NCBI GenBank assembly: GCA_034661055.1 | Contig: JAYEKO010000061.1 | Location: 1-64,000 of the forward strand | Length of the DNA stretch: 64,000 nt | From: Campylobacterota bacterium | Lineage (GTDB): Bacteria > Campylobacterota > Campylobacteria > Campylobacterales > Sulfurimonadaceae | Direction of reading: 5' to 3' | Shown here: positions 9,489-19,403 of the stretch, piece after piece | Layout of the letters: every line of letters begins with the position of its first letter | Numbering within the stretch: the first letter of the stretch is position 1 | Position numbers and translations under genes: made by a program | Notes under the pieces: model-generated | Seen by the model: only the letters and a program-made list of their open reading frames with translations | Told to the model about the DNA's origin: nothing | The model's database searches: none

Positions 9489-10401
9489 TATGTGAAACCT
9501 CTTTTGTTTTTAAATTATATGAGAACTCAATCTCAACACTGTAGTCACTACTACTAATGTTCATGCTTCCACGTACTTCTGGAGAGTAAAAGTCTATTCC
9601 TAGTGTATCAAGTTGCACCTTAGTCTCTGCATTAAGTGGTATGCCATCATAAGAGTCATATACCTCTTCTCGCTCGGTCGTATAATAGTCCAAACTCTCT
9701 TGAAGCTCTGGTGCAACATGATAGAGCACATCTTGAGAAATATGGTTAAAGTCAACAGCTGTATTTCTAAAACCAAAAAGATCTTTCCAGGGAACTTGTT
9801 GCGCATTATAGTCACGACTTTCTCGTACATATGCCTCTACAATCTGCTCCATATGTTTTACAGAGTAGATGGATCCTTGTGAAAAGAGAGGATCTGCTAA
9901 TGCAATTTCAGAACCTGGTATGCGTTCATCTAAGTCATCATCAACCGTATCCGCAATCATTGATAATAGTAGAATTTTATCAGACACATTGTAAATGGAT
10001 AGTATATGTTCTACATAGCTCTCATAAGCACGCACCAATGGAATAGGTTCATACGGATCTCTTTTTTTACTACTATTGCTATCTTCAACAATATTATTAA
10101 TGTTAATTTTTGATGCATCCGATACAAATGAGATATCAACAGCAATATCTTTATGTTCTGATGCAAATGCAACAGGCAGCATCAAAAAAATGTCTAACGT
10201 GTCTGAATCGTTAACATCATTGGTGGCATCATTTAATATGGTAATAAAATCATTAAAAAATATATTACTCTGAATCAGAAATAATTTGTTTGATATTCGT
10301 TTAAAAGAGTTGTCTAAAATGCCAGTTGAAACAGTTAATAGAGCTGTAATAGTAGCTACTAAAGCAATAGTAATTAAAAGTGCAATACCTTTTCGTTTCA
10401 A
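9472..10401 (-). CDS. gspK: T2SS minor pseudopilin GspK
   Basis: MKRKG|IALLIT (no Glu5, as typical of GspK), SKININ motif, IADTVDDD and VDFN motifs; about 310 aa. Confidence 0.8.
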   Translation of the reverse strand: MKRKGIALLITIALVATITALLTVSTGILDNSFKRISNKLFLIQSNIFFNDFITILNDATNDVNDSDTLDIFLMLPVAFASEHKDIAVDISFVSDASKININNIVEDSNSSKKRDPYEPIPLVRAYESYVEHILSIYNVSDKILLLSMIADTVDDDLDERIPGSEIALADPLFSQGSIYSVKHMEQIVEAYVRESRDYNAQQVPWKDLFGFRNTAVDFNHISQDVLYHVAPELQESLDYYTTEREEVYDSYDGIPLNAETKVQLDTLGIDFYSPEVRGSMNISSSDYSVEIEFSYNLKTKEVSHIEITN

Positions 10402-10491
10402 TTCTTCTCAACTTTATTATTTAGGTTAATTAGAATAATACTATAATATCGTTATCAAATAGCAACAACAAATTACATGTAGGAAAAAATA

Positions 10492-10914
10492 TTGAAAAAA
10501 GCATTCTCACTTATGGAGTTGATGATTGTCATCATCATATTAGGACTCTTAGCAGCACTCGTTATGCCTAACTTGGTAGGAAAAAGCGAAGAGGCGAAAC
10601 AGAAACTTGTCTGTATTCAGATGAAAAGTATTAAACAGGCACTCGACTCATTTAAACTAGATAACGGAACATACCCTGACGTTGAAGAGGGAATTGAAGC
10701 ACTATCGAAAAACCCTAATAGTGAAAAATACCCTAATTACTCGCAATACTCATATTTTGAAGAGGGTATTGTTCCAAAAGATCCTTGGAAAAATAGCTAT
10801 ATTTTCATCCGTACAGACGATGGAATTGATTTAATATCTTTAGGGGCAGATCGTAAAGAAGGTGGTTCTAAAGAGAACAGAGACATCACATATGCGCAAT
10901 GTATTAAACAGTAA
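10492..10914 (+). CDS. gspG: T2SS major pseudopilin GspG
   Basis: MKKA|FSLMELMIV, ALDSFKLDNGTYP, PKDPWKNSY and LISLGADRKEGG..DI; TTG start with AGGA RBS. Confidence 0.95.
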   Translation: MKKAFSLMELMIVIIILGLLAALVMPNLVGKSEEAKQKLVCIQMKSIKQALDSFKLDNGTYPDVEEGIEALSKNPNSEKYPNYSQYSYFEEGIVPKDPWKNSYIFIRTDDGIDLISLGADRKEGGSKENRDITYAQCIKQ

Positions 10915-11443
10915 GGGGTTCACACTTTTTGAACTCCTCATTGTTATTATTCTCATTGGATTGATTTACGGTCTTTTTGTTAGTAGCTTACACAACAAGG
11001 AGATTAAAAGTGATGCTATATCACTTCTCTCAATGAAAAAGACGCTGTCTCAACAGACATTTAAAAACAAGAGTGAAATTATCTGTTTAGAGCCATGTAA
11101 AGAGTGTTTTATCTATAATGACAATGAAAAGTCTGAAGTTAAACCGTTTACACTCTTTAAAACTCCCCCAAAAGTATATAAAAAAGACTATTACGGACGG
11201 CTGGAACAGCGAGAGTTTCTACCACTTTTTACCAAAGAAGATCTACAGCAAGATATCTGTTTTCGCTTTAGTCTGTTTAACAATGGAAGCAGCTCTCATT
11301 ACATTGTTGAAGCTGATGAAAAATTTTATATTTTTCCTGCATATATGAATGACATCAATGAGACTGCAACGCTCTCTGATGCAGAGAAACTCTTTGACAC
11401 TACAACGCTACTCCCAAAAGAGAGTAGAGATTATGATTTTTAA
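10892..11443 (+). CDS. T2SS minor pseudopilin, GspH-like
   Basis: SKG|FTLFELLIV prepilin motif; ATG at 10892 preferred over GTG 10862; follows gspG. Confidence 0.7.
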   Translation: MRNVLNSKGFTLFELLIVIILIGLIYGLFVSSLHNKEIKSDAISLLSMKKTLSQQTFKNKSEIICLEPCKECFIYNDNEKSEVKPFTLFKTPPKVYKKDYYGRLEQREFLPLFTKEDLQQDICFRFSLFNNGSSSHYIVEADEKFYIFPAYMNDINETATLSDAEKLFDTTTLLPKESRDYDF

Positions 11444-11451
11444 GGAAGAGT

Positions 11452-12666
11452 ATGGTTTTTAAATATAAGGGTCTTGACGCAAGTGGAAAAAAATGCAGTG
11501 GTCTTATTGAAGCCACTAATTTAGAAGATGCAAAACGTCGAATTAAAAATAAAGGGCAATTTTACACCTCCATTAACGAGGAAGGCACACCACTGCTTGG
11601 TAACGTCTCATTTAAACGTAAAAAAGTCTTAAAGCCTACAGAGCTCTCAATTTTAAGTCGTGATCTCTCCATCTACTTAAAGTCAGGAATCTCAATTGTT
11701 AATGCTTTACGACTAGCCACAAACCAATATAGCAAAAACCTTAAAGTTGCCAACTTTTTAAATGCCATTATTACCCTTTTAGATGAGGGTAAAAGTTTTC
11801 ATCAGGCACTGGAGTCACAAGAGCTTGTAGAACTTCCAGAGTTTTATAAACAGTCTGTAAAAGTCTCTGAGAACAGTGGTATTTTAGAAGAGGTTCTCCT
11901 AGAGCTTTCTGTATTTTTAAAAGAGCAAGACCGTGTCAGTAAGCAGGTAAAAAGTGCCTTTGCCTACCCATCTTTTATTATTTTGGTATCGCTCTTTATG
12001 GTCACCTTTATGATTACCTTTGTTGTGCCAAAGATTACCGGTATCTTTACTCAACTTGGGCAAGAACTTCCGGGAATTACAAAGTTTGTTATTGACTTAA
12101 GTGATTTTTTCTCTAACAACTACATATTAATGCTTGTCGTTATTGTAGGTTTTGTGAGTGGGTTTTCTGCACTAATGAAATTCAATAAAAAATTTAAATA
12201 TGCAGTGCATCTTCTCTCACTAAAGGCTCCATTTTTTGGTGATATTGTACAGAGTTCAGAGCTAGGACGTTTCTCCTATATTGCCTCGGTACTGATTCGT
12301 TCCGGTGTTCCCTTTGTTCAAACAGTAAATTTAGGTGCAAATGTATTAAACAATACAGTAATTAAAGATAAGTTCTTAAAGGCATCTAGTAAAGTTGTAG
12401 AGGGTTCTAAGTTCTCTAATGCCTTATTAAAAGAGGGGTTTGAGATTGACAGATCATTTGTTCAGGCAATAGCTTTGGGAGAAGAGACCTCTCAAGTTCC
12501 CAATATTTTAAAAAATCTTTCAGACCTCTATTTTGAAGAGAACCGTGATAAGATATCTGTTTTTCTTTCCCTACTTGAGCCGATGCTCATGCTATTTGTT
12601 GGTGGAGTGATCGGTTTTATTGTCTCGGCAATGCTCTTACCAATTTTCTCTATGAATATCGGCTAG
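11452..12666 (+). CDS. gspF: T2SS inner-membrane platform protein GspF
   Basis: FKYKGLD..G, two T2SSF domains (KSAFAYP, LLEPMLMLFVG..MLLPI), 3 TM. Confidence 0.93.
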   Translation: MVFKYKGLDASGKKCSGLIEATNLEDAKRRIKNKGQFYTSINEEGTPLLGNVSFKRKKVLKPTELSILSRDLSIYLKSGISIVNALRLATNQYSKNLKVANFLNAIITLLDEGKSFHQALESQELVELPEFYKQSVKVSENSGILEEVLLELSVFLKEQDRVSKQVKSAFAYPSFIILVSLFMVTFMITFVVPKITGIFTQLGQELPGITKFVIDLSDFFSNNYILMLVVIVGFVSGFSALMKFNKKFKYAVHLLSLKAPFFGDIVQSSELGRFSYIASVLIRSGVPFVQTVNLGANVLNNTVIKDKFLKASSKVVEGSKFSNALLKEGFEIDRSFVQAIALGEETSQVPNILKNLSDLYFEENRDKISVFLSLLEPMLMLFVGGVIGFIVSAMLLPIFSMNIG

Positions 12667-12685
12667 TAAAAAGCCAGTCCGATAT

Positions 12686-14641
12686 TTAAAACATCAACTC
12701 CTCTTCCTCTTCACTCACAGGAACAGCCGCCTTTCGTGGTGCTTTTGATATTGGAGTAAAATACTCTTTAACCCCATTATAGGTCGTTTCAATAATATTA
12801 TCTGGTTTATCAAAGTTCCGTTTTATCTGAGGATAGATACGAATCAGCTCTTTATAGAAGTAGCTAAATGCTGGTGCTGCGGTGGTACCTCCTGTATCTT
12901 TTTTACTAATTGGAGTGTTATTGTCATTTCCAAACCATACAATAGTCTCTACAGTTGGAGAGTAGCCTGTAAACCATGCATCCACAGATTTATTGGTGGT
13001 ACCGGTCTTACCTGCTAATTCAATCCCTTTGACACGTGCCCGTCTGCCTGTACCACGCTTGACAACATCTTGTAAGATGCTAGTCATTAAATAGGCCTGC
13101 TCTGGTGGTGTAATTTGTGTACTATTGCTTTCATTTTCTACAATAGTCTCACTATTTAAATTATCAATACGACGTATTAAAACAGGTTCTACTGCTTTAC
13201 CCTCGGCCGCAAAAGAGCTGTAATATCCTGAGAGTTCCAGCGGAGAGAGAGAAATAGAACCTAAAGAGAGTGAGAGATCATATGGTAAATTACTAATACC
13301 GTATCTATCTAACTCCTTTAGCATGGTACGCAGTCCAATATCATGGACTAAATTAATAGTAGCTAGATTATTTGACTTTACCAGTGCTTCACGTAGCGTC
13401 AACAGTCCTTTATAGCCACGACCGTAATTACTTGGCTGCCACTTCATATCTTTACCATTTTTTACATAATCAAAGGTACGAGCAATATCGACTAACTCTG
13501 TTGCTCCAGAATACCCAGTATCTAGTGCCACTTGATAGATAAATGGTTTAAATGATGATCCAGGTTGACGTTTGCTCTGTGTCGCTCGATTAAATGCGCT
13601 TTTTTTATAGTCCACGCCACCAACAAGTGAAAGGATATCACCAGTTCGAGGGTCAATAGCAACAAGGGCACCATTAAGCTGCTCTTCCCATTTTGTCGCA
13701 TTATAATCTTCAAGTTTTGTTGCCCGCTTCATTGAGTTGTCATACGCATGTTTAAGTGCGTCACGACCAGCAGCTTGCAGCTCTAAGTCTATGGTGGTGT
13801 AGATCTTATAACCGCCCTCTTTAATATCTTTAATATCTTTACAACGACGCATCACCTCATCAACAATATAGGGAGCCTTATTTTGTGTCAGCGTATCATT
13901 ATAGACCGTTGGACTCTCTTTTAGTGCTTCATCATAACTTTTCTTGTCAATCCAACCCAATTCATGCATACGTGATACAACACGGTTAGCTCGGCCAAGA
14001 GCTAGTTCATAGTTTTTAGTTGGTGCATAAAAACTTGGTGCCTTTGGTAAGCCTACTAAAATTGCCATCTCTTTTAGAGTCAGATTATCAAGTTTTTTTC
14101 TAAAATATCCATCTGCCGCTGTTTTGATGCCATAGTAACTGTGTCCTAAATAGACCTGATTGAGATAAAACTCTAAAATCTGCTCTTTTGATAACTCTCT
14201 CTCAACTTTAAGAGAGTAAATAACCTCTTTTATTTTACGAGAAATCTTTTTTTCTCGTGTTAAGAGTATATTTTTAACCAACTGCTGCGTTAAGGTACTT
14301 GCCCCTTCTACAAGCTTTCTAGCTTTAACATCTTTAATAATAGCACGCATAATTGCATCTATATTAATACCGGGATGTTCAAAAAAACTGGTATCTTCAA
14401 TAGCCAAAAGTGCTTCAATAAGACGTGGTGGAATCTCATCAAATTTAGCATAGTAGCGGTGATGTTTTTTAAAAATATTGGCTATTTTTTTGCCGTTTCT
14501 ATCATAAATGGTAGTCGTTACCGGCAGTTTTAGATTAACTAATTTATCGGTGTTAAAAGACATCTGAGAAAGATAATATCCCCCTGCACCCAATGGTGCT
14601 AAAACTATGAGTAAAAATAAATATTTAAAAAACTTTTTCAT
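12686..14641 (-). CDS. mrcA: Class A penicillin-binding protein PBP1A
   Basis: Transglycosylase EDxxF and GASTLTQQL motifs; transpeptidase SSFK, SNN and KTGT. Confidence 0.93.
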   Translation of the reverse strand: MKKFFKYLFLLIVLAPLGAGGYYLSQMSFNTDKLVNLKLPVTTTIYDRNGKKIANIFKKHHRYYAKFDEIPPRLIEALLAIEDTSFFEHPGINIDAIMRAIIKDVKARKLVEGASTLTQQLVKNILLTREKKISRKIKEVIYSLKVERELSKEQILEFYLNQVYLGHSYYGIKTAADGYFRKKLDNLTLKEMAILVGLPKAPSFYAPTKNYELALGRANRVVSRMHELGWIDKKSYDEALKESPTVYNDTLTQNKAPYIVDEVMRRCKDIKDIKEGGYKIYTTIDLELQAAGRDALKHAYDNSMKRATKLEDYNATKWEEQLNGALVAIDPRTGDILSLVGGVDYKKSAFNRATQSKRQPGSSFKPFIYQVALDTGYSGATELVDIARTFDYVKNGKDMKWQPSNYGRGYKGLLTLREALVKSNNLATINLVHDIGLRTMLKELDRYGISNLPYDLSLSLGSISLSPLELSGYYSSFAAEGKAVEPVLIRRIDNLNSETIVENESNSTQITPPEQAYLMTSILQDVVKRGTGRRARVKGIELAGKTGTTNKSVDAWFTGYSPTVETIVWFGNDNNTPISKKDTGGTTAAPAFSYFYKELIRIYPQIKRNFDKPDNIIETTYNGVKEYFTPISKAPRKAAVPVSEEEEELMF

Positions 14642-15327
14642 TCTCGAAATTTCCTATTTGAAAAATTTGCTTCTACTAACATCTTTGTGAATTCACTAGA
14701 TGGGGAGCTAACCACCTCTTGCATCAATCCATGTTCTACAACCAATCCATCTTTAATAATACATATCTCATCACACAGCGCTTCTGCTGAATTCATATCA
14801 TGCGTTACAAAGAGCATCTTAAAGCCTAGCTCATTTTGAAGACGTCGAAGCAGCTCAATAATTAAAACTCTCGTATCAGGATCAAGCGCTGTTGTTGGCT
14901 CATCTAACATTAGAAGCTTTGGTTTTGAACTTAGTGCCATAGCAATCACTACACGCTGAAGTTGACCACCAGATAGTTCTGGTGCATACCGCTCTAACAA
15001 CTCAACATCTAAATCTACCATCTTCATCAGAGCTTCAATCTGAATTGGTTTAATAAAAAACTGCTCTTTTATCTTGGTTAATGGCGATAGTGCTGTAAAT
15101 GGATTTTGAGGTACATAGGCGACACTCTTACCATTTACCAAAGTAAAATCGCTTTGAAGGTCTAAATCTAACGTCATCTTTTGCGGCAACATATTAAGAA
15201 GTGCTTTTAGACTCAGACTCTTTCCACTACCACTCTGCCCTACCAGTGCCAATGAGCGCTCAATTGTAAAATTAATATCTACTAAATTGGTACCGTCAAA
15301 TTCAATAGCTAGTTTTTTTACATTCAT
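14638..15327 (-). CDS. ABC transporter ATP-binding protein (Dpp/Nik-like)
   Basis: GQSGSGKS, LSGGQLQRV, LDEPTTALD and VTHD motifs. Confidence 0.9.
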   Translation of the reverse strand: MNVKKLAIEFDGTNLVDINFTIERSLALVGQSGSGKSLSLKALLNMLPQKMTLDLDLQSDFTLVNGKSVAYVPQNPFTALSPLTKIKEQFFIKPIQIEALMKMVDLDVELLERYAPELSGGQLQRVVIAMALSSKPKLLMLDEPTTALDPDTRVLIIELLRRLQNELGFKMLFVTHDMNSAEALCDEICIIKDGLVVEHGLMQEVVSSPSSEFTKMLVEANFSNRKFRE

Positions 15328-15332
15328 AAATT

Positions 15333-16433
15333 TTATTCTACCCGAAAATCATTGACAATTTTACATGTATATTTTAAAGCATCTTCACTTTCACCAAGTC
15401 GTGCAATAACTCTAATAATAGCACTAGCAACAGTAGGCTGTCGTATAGCCCCAACTAAAATACCCTCATCTAAAAGTCTCTGTTTAATCTGCATCACCTT
15501 TTTATTATCTGCAAACACTACCGGAGCAATCAGCGCCTCAATATTACTACCTAAAATACTGTTTACTATGGCTTGACGTGCTTTAATCTTTTTTGAAAGC
15601 GGCGTAGAGTTTTTTAAAATATACTCTAATGATTTATGAGCTAAAAGCGTATCAAAAAGTGAAGGTGCAGTCGCATAAATAATTGGTTTTGCGCGATTAA
15701 GAAGATACTCTATTATATGAGATGATGCTAAAATATAGCCTCCAAAACTTCCATAGGCTTTTCCTAAGGTTCCCATCTTAATATAGTTAGGTTTTATGGA
15801 AATATTATAATAGTCAAACACTCCCAAAAGTTGTTTTCCTATGACCCCGCTACTATGCGCTTCATCGACAATCAAAAGAGCCTCATAGCTATCTGATAAA
15901 TCTATGATTTCAGAGTTAAGCAGATCGCCATCCATAGAATAAACACCCTCAACAGCAATCACTTTTCGACCGCTTTTTGAAGCATCAAGTTTTATCTTTA
16001 AATCATCTGCATCATTATGTCTAAAATATGTCACTTCAGCCTCAAGTGTCCGTGTTGCAAGTACGCCACTTGCATGAAACTTCTCATCAATAAAAAGCTC
16101 ATCACCTCGACGAAGCAGAGATTCAATTAGTGCCATATTGGCACTAAACCCACTTCCTACTACAATAGCATCTTCAAAGCCGTTAGCTCTACACAGTGCT
16201 GTTTCAAACTCTTTATGAATCTGGTGGTAGCCATTAACTAACATCGACGCTTTAGGAGCATGAGCATCACAACTACTTAATGATTTACATGTAAATTCCA
16301 AGAGCTCTTTATTGTGCGCTAGACCCAAATAGTCATTAGAGGCAAAATCAACCGTAGTATCATCATAAATCTGACGCTCTCTAAAGCGGCTTGAACGTTT
16401 TAATGCCTTAAGTTCGCTCTCGTAAAAATTCAT
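15333..16433 (-). CDS. bioF: 8-amino-7-oxononanoate synthase
   Basis: DFASNDYLGL, VEGVYSMDGD, VDEAHS and GTLGKAYG (PLP lysine). Confidence 0.88.
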   Translation of the reverse strand: MNFYESELKALKRSSRFRERQIYDDTTVDFASNDYLGLAHNKELLEFTCKSLSSCDAHAPKASMLVNGYHQIHKEFETALCRANGFEDAIVVGSGFSANMALIESLLRRGDELFIDEKFHASGVLATRTLEAEVTYFRHNDADDLKIKLDASKSGRKVIAVEGVYSMDGDLLNSEIIDLSDSYEALLIVDEAHSSGVIGKQLLGVFDYYNISIKPNYIKMGTLGKAYGSFGGYILASSHIIEYLLNRAKPIIYATAPSLFDTLLAHKSLEYILKNSTPLSKKIKARQAIVNSILGSNIEALIAPVVFADNKKVMQIKQRLLDEGILVGAIRQPTVASAIIRVIARLGESEDALKYTCKIVNDFRVE

Positions 16434-16476
16434 ATTAACAATTCTCTCAATTTTGCAACAATAAGGCGAATTAAAC

Positions 16477-19026
16477 TCAAGAGAGTGCTTCTACTGCGAA
16501 ACTATGCGCCACCTCTTTGCCCTCATCAATTTTACTAACATCTTTACCACCGGCTTGTGCAAAGTCTGGACGACCACCGCCACCGCCACCAAGAACTGGA
16601 GCAACTTTTTTAATCCAATCACCTGCTTTAAGCGGAGCATTTTTAACACCTGCTGCAATCATAACCTTGTCACCTTTTACTTGAAAAAGCATTACAGCAA
16701 CACGCTCGTTGGCATTTTTCAGTTCATCAATACGCTCTTTAATATCACCGCTGCTAATTGCTTCAACCACAAGTGCTACACCGTTAATATCTTCTGAGCT
16801 TATCTCCTCTTTTGAAGCGTTCTGTGCATCTTGAAGGTCTGCTTTGAGTGACTTGACCTGCTCTTTAAGTCGCTCTACTCCACTTAATATGTCAAGATTT
16901 TTAACACTAGCCTGTGCAAGTTCTACCGTATGACGCTGTGCTTTAAAGTAGTTGTAGGCCGCATTTCCACATACCGCTTCAATACGACGAACTCCAGCAC
17001 TTACTCCACTCTCTTTAACAATAATGAAGGTACCGATTGCAGCACTATTATTTACATGTATTCCACCACAAAGCTCTACTGAAGCATCTGCAAAACTCAC
17101 TACTCGAACACTATCGCCATACTTCTCACCAAAAAGTGCTTTTGCTCCGCTCTCTTTAGCCTCCTGCACTCCCATCTCTTTAGTTTGACTCTCTATGGCT
17201 CGTAAAATCTCATGGTTAACACGCTCTTCCACAAGTGCAATCTCTTCATGAGTCATTGCTTTTGGATGAGAAAAATCAAAACGCAGACGACTCGCTTCTA
17301 CCAAAGATCCCGCTTGTGTAATGTGATCACCCAAGATATTATAAAGTGCTGAGTGCATCAAGTGTGTTGCTGAATGGTGTTTGGTAATTTCATGTCGTAA
17401 CATATCAACATTGGCTTCAACGGTGTCATTGACGGTAATAGTTTGATTTACATGTAGATGTGAAAGATTTAAGCCGTGAAATTTTTTAGTGTCTAAAACA
17501 TCAGCAACATCACCTAAGGTTCCCGTATCACCACACTGTCCACCACTCTCAGCGTAAAATGGAGTTTTATCAAGTAATACCCAGCCTTTTTGTTTTGCAT
17601 GTAAGGTGTCAACCTTAGTAAAGTTCTCACCTAAGAGTGCTACGACCTTTGCTGTTGCATTGAGCGTGTTGTAACCGATAAACTCATTCTCACCAAAGGC
17701 TTCTAGCAGTGCTTTAAAGTCACCCTCTACTGCTGCATCTCCACTACCCTTCCATGCTGCTTTAGCGCGGGTTCGCTGCTCTTGCATTAGGCTGTCAAAT
17801 GTTTTAGAATCAAGTGCAAGATTTTTATCTTTAAGCATATCTTCTGTTAAGTCTAACGGAAAGCCAAAGGTGTCATAAAGCTTAAAAGCCACTGCTCCAC
17901 TAAAGACATCTTTGGTATTTTTCAGCTCCTCTTCAAAAAGCTCAATTCCCGCTGCAATAGTCTTAAAGAAACGCTCTTCTTCAAGAAATATCTGCTCTTT
18001 TACTGCTTCTGATTTAGTAGCAATATAGGGGTAAGCATCTTTCATAGTCACAACTAAGGTATCGATTAATTGATGCATAAACGGCGCTCTAAATCCTAAG
18101 AGGTATCCATGACGTACCGCTCGACGTAAAATACGACGTAACACATACCCACGTCCTTCATTTGAGAAGTTTGTCCCTTGGGCAAGTAAGAAGAGTGCCG
18201 TTCGAACATGGTCAGCAATAACACGGTACGAAGCACCTGTAGCATACGAGTACTCTTTACCAATAAGCATTTCAACTTCTCTTATCATCGGCATAAAAAG
18301 TGATGAACCGTAATTACTAAGTGCACCCTCTTTAATGGCAACAACACGCTCTAATCCCATACCTGTATCGATTGATGGACTTGGAAGTGGACTCATCTCA
18401 CCTTTAGCATTACGCTCATACTGCATAAATACCAAGTTCCAAATCTCTAAGAAACGGTCACCTTCGCCACCTAGATAATCTTCTTTTGAGCTAAAGTGTT
18501 CAGCACCCTGATCATAAAAAATCTCAGAACATGGTCCACACGGTCCTGTATCACCCATCTGCCAAAAGTTGTCGGCATCACCAAGGCGTTTAATTCGATC
18601 TGGGGCAATATGTTTTTTCCAGAGCTCTTCAGCTTCATCATCGCTGTCATGAACCGTGACCCAGAGTTTTTCAACTGGAAGTTCTAGCACCTCAGTAATA
18701 AACTCCCAAGAATAAGCGATAGCATCTTCTTTAAAGTAATCACCAAAGCTAAAGTTGCCTAACATCTCAAAAAATGTGTGGTGACGTGCTGTATGTCCAA
18801 CATTCTCGAGGTCATTATGTTTTCCACCTGCGCGAAGACACGGCTGACACGATGTAGCACGAGGATTACTTGGAGTCGGAATCTCTCCTGTAAATACCGA
18901 TTTAAAAGGAACCATGCCTGCATTGTTAAAAAGTAAAGTAGCATCCTCAGGAACTAGAGGTGCCCCCTCAATTCGCTGATGGTTTTTTGATTCAAAATAT
19001 TGTAGATACGCTTCTCTAACGTCCAT
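16477..19026 (-). CDS. alaS: Alanine--tRNA ligase
   Basis: [29 protein letters not shown] editing site, ELCGG and [14 protein letters not shown]; start taken at ATG 19026. Confidence 0.98.
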   Translation of the reverse strand: MDVREAYLQYFESKNHQRIEGAPLVPEDATLLFNNAGMVPFKSVFTGEIPTPSNPRATSCQPCLRAGGKHNDLENVGHTARHHTFFEMLGNFSFGDYFKEDAIAYSWEFITEVLELPVEKLWVTVHDSDDEAEELWKKHIAPDRIKRLGDADNFWQMGDTGPCGPCSEIFYDQGAEHFSSKEDYLGGEGDRFLEIWNLVFMQYERNAKGEMSPLPSPSIDTGMGLERVVAIKEGALSNYGSSLFMPMIREVEMLIGKEYSYATGASYRVIADHVRTALFLLAQGTNFSNEGRGYVLRRILRRAVRHGYLLGFRAPFMHQLIDTLVVTMKDAYPYIATKSEAVKEQIFLEEERFFKTIAAGIELFEEELKNTKDVFSGAVAFKLYDTFGFPLDLTEDMLKDKNLALDSKTFDSLMQEQRTRAKAAWKGSGDAAVEGDFKALLEAFGENEFIGYNTLNATAKVVALLGENFTKVDTLHAKQKGWVLLDKTPFYAESGGQCGDTGTLGDVADVLDTKKFHGLNLSHLHVNQTITVNDTVEANVDMLRHEITKHHSATHLMHSALYNILGDHITQAGSLVEASRLRFDFSHPKAMTHEEIALVEERVNHEILRAIESQTKEMGVQEAKESGAKALFGEKYGDSVRVVSFADASVELCGGIHVNNSAAIGTFIIVKESGVSAGVRRIEAVCGNAAYNYFKAQRHTVELAQASVKNLDILSGVERLKEQVKSLKADLQDAQNASKEEISSEDINGVALVVEAISSGDIKERIDELKNANERVAVMLFQVKGDKVMIAAGVKNAPLKAGDWIKKVAPVLGGGGGGRPDFAQAGGKDVSKIDEGKEVAHSFAVEALS

Positions 19027-19057
19027 AATTATCACTTCTTTTTTATTAAATTACGCG

Positions 19058-19081
19058 ATTATAACTAAAATGACGTATAAT
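19058..19081. promoter_or_regulatory. Back-to-back -10 boxes for alaS (minus, 19058-19063) and chorismate mutase (plus, 19076-19081)
   Basis: Two TATAAT hexamers on opposite strands in the 74-bp divergent gap. Confidence 0.55.
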
Positions 19082-19100
19082 ACCTATAAAGGAGTCATTT

Positions 19101-19400
19101 ATGGATATTAAAAAGTGCAATACATTAGAAGAAGTGCGTAGTGAAATTGATACTCTTGATACGATAATTGTTGAGTTGATTGCGGCTCGAAACAGTTATA
19201 TACATCAAGCAGCAGGATTTAAAAATAGTGTTGAAGATGTAAAAGCAGAAGATCGAGTTGACTTTGTGCTACAAAAAGTACGTCATCAAGCACTTGAAGC
19301 AGGGGTTAACCCAAACCTAGTCTCTAAACTTTATGAGATGATGATTGAAGAGATGGTTGAGTCTGAAATAGCAGAATTTCGAAACAGAAAAGCATTTTAA
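19101..19400 (+). CDS. Chorismate mutase type II (AroQ/PchB-like)
   Basis: LEEVRSEIDTLD..IVELIAAR..AAGFK....AEDRV pattern; AGGAG RBS. Confidence 0.85.
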   Translation: MDIKKCNTLEEVRSEIDTLDTIIVELIAARNSYIHQAAGFKNSVEDVKAEDRVDFVLQKVRHQALEAGVNPNLVSKLYEMMIEEMVESEIAEFRNRKAF

Positions 19401-19403
19401 CCC

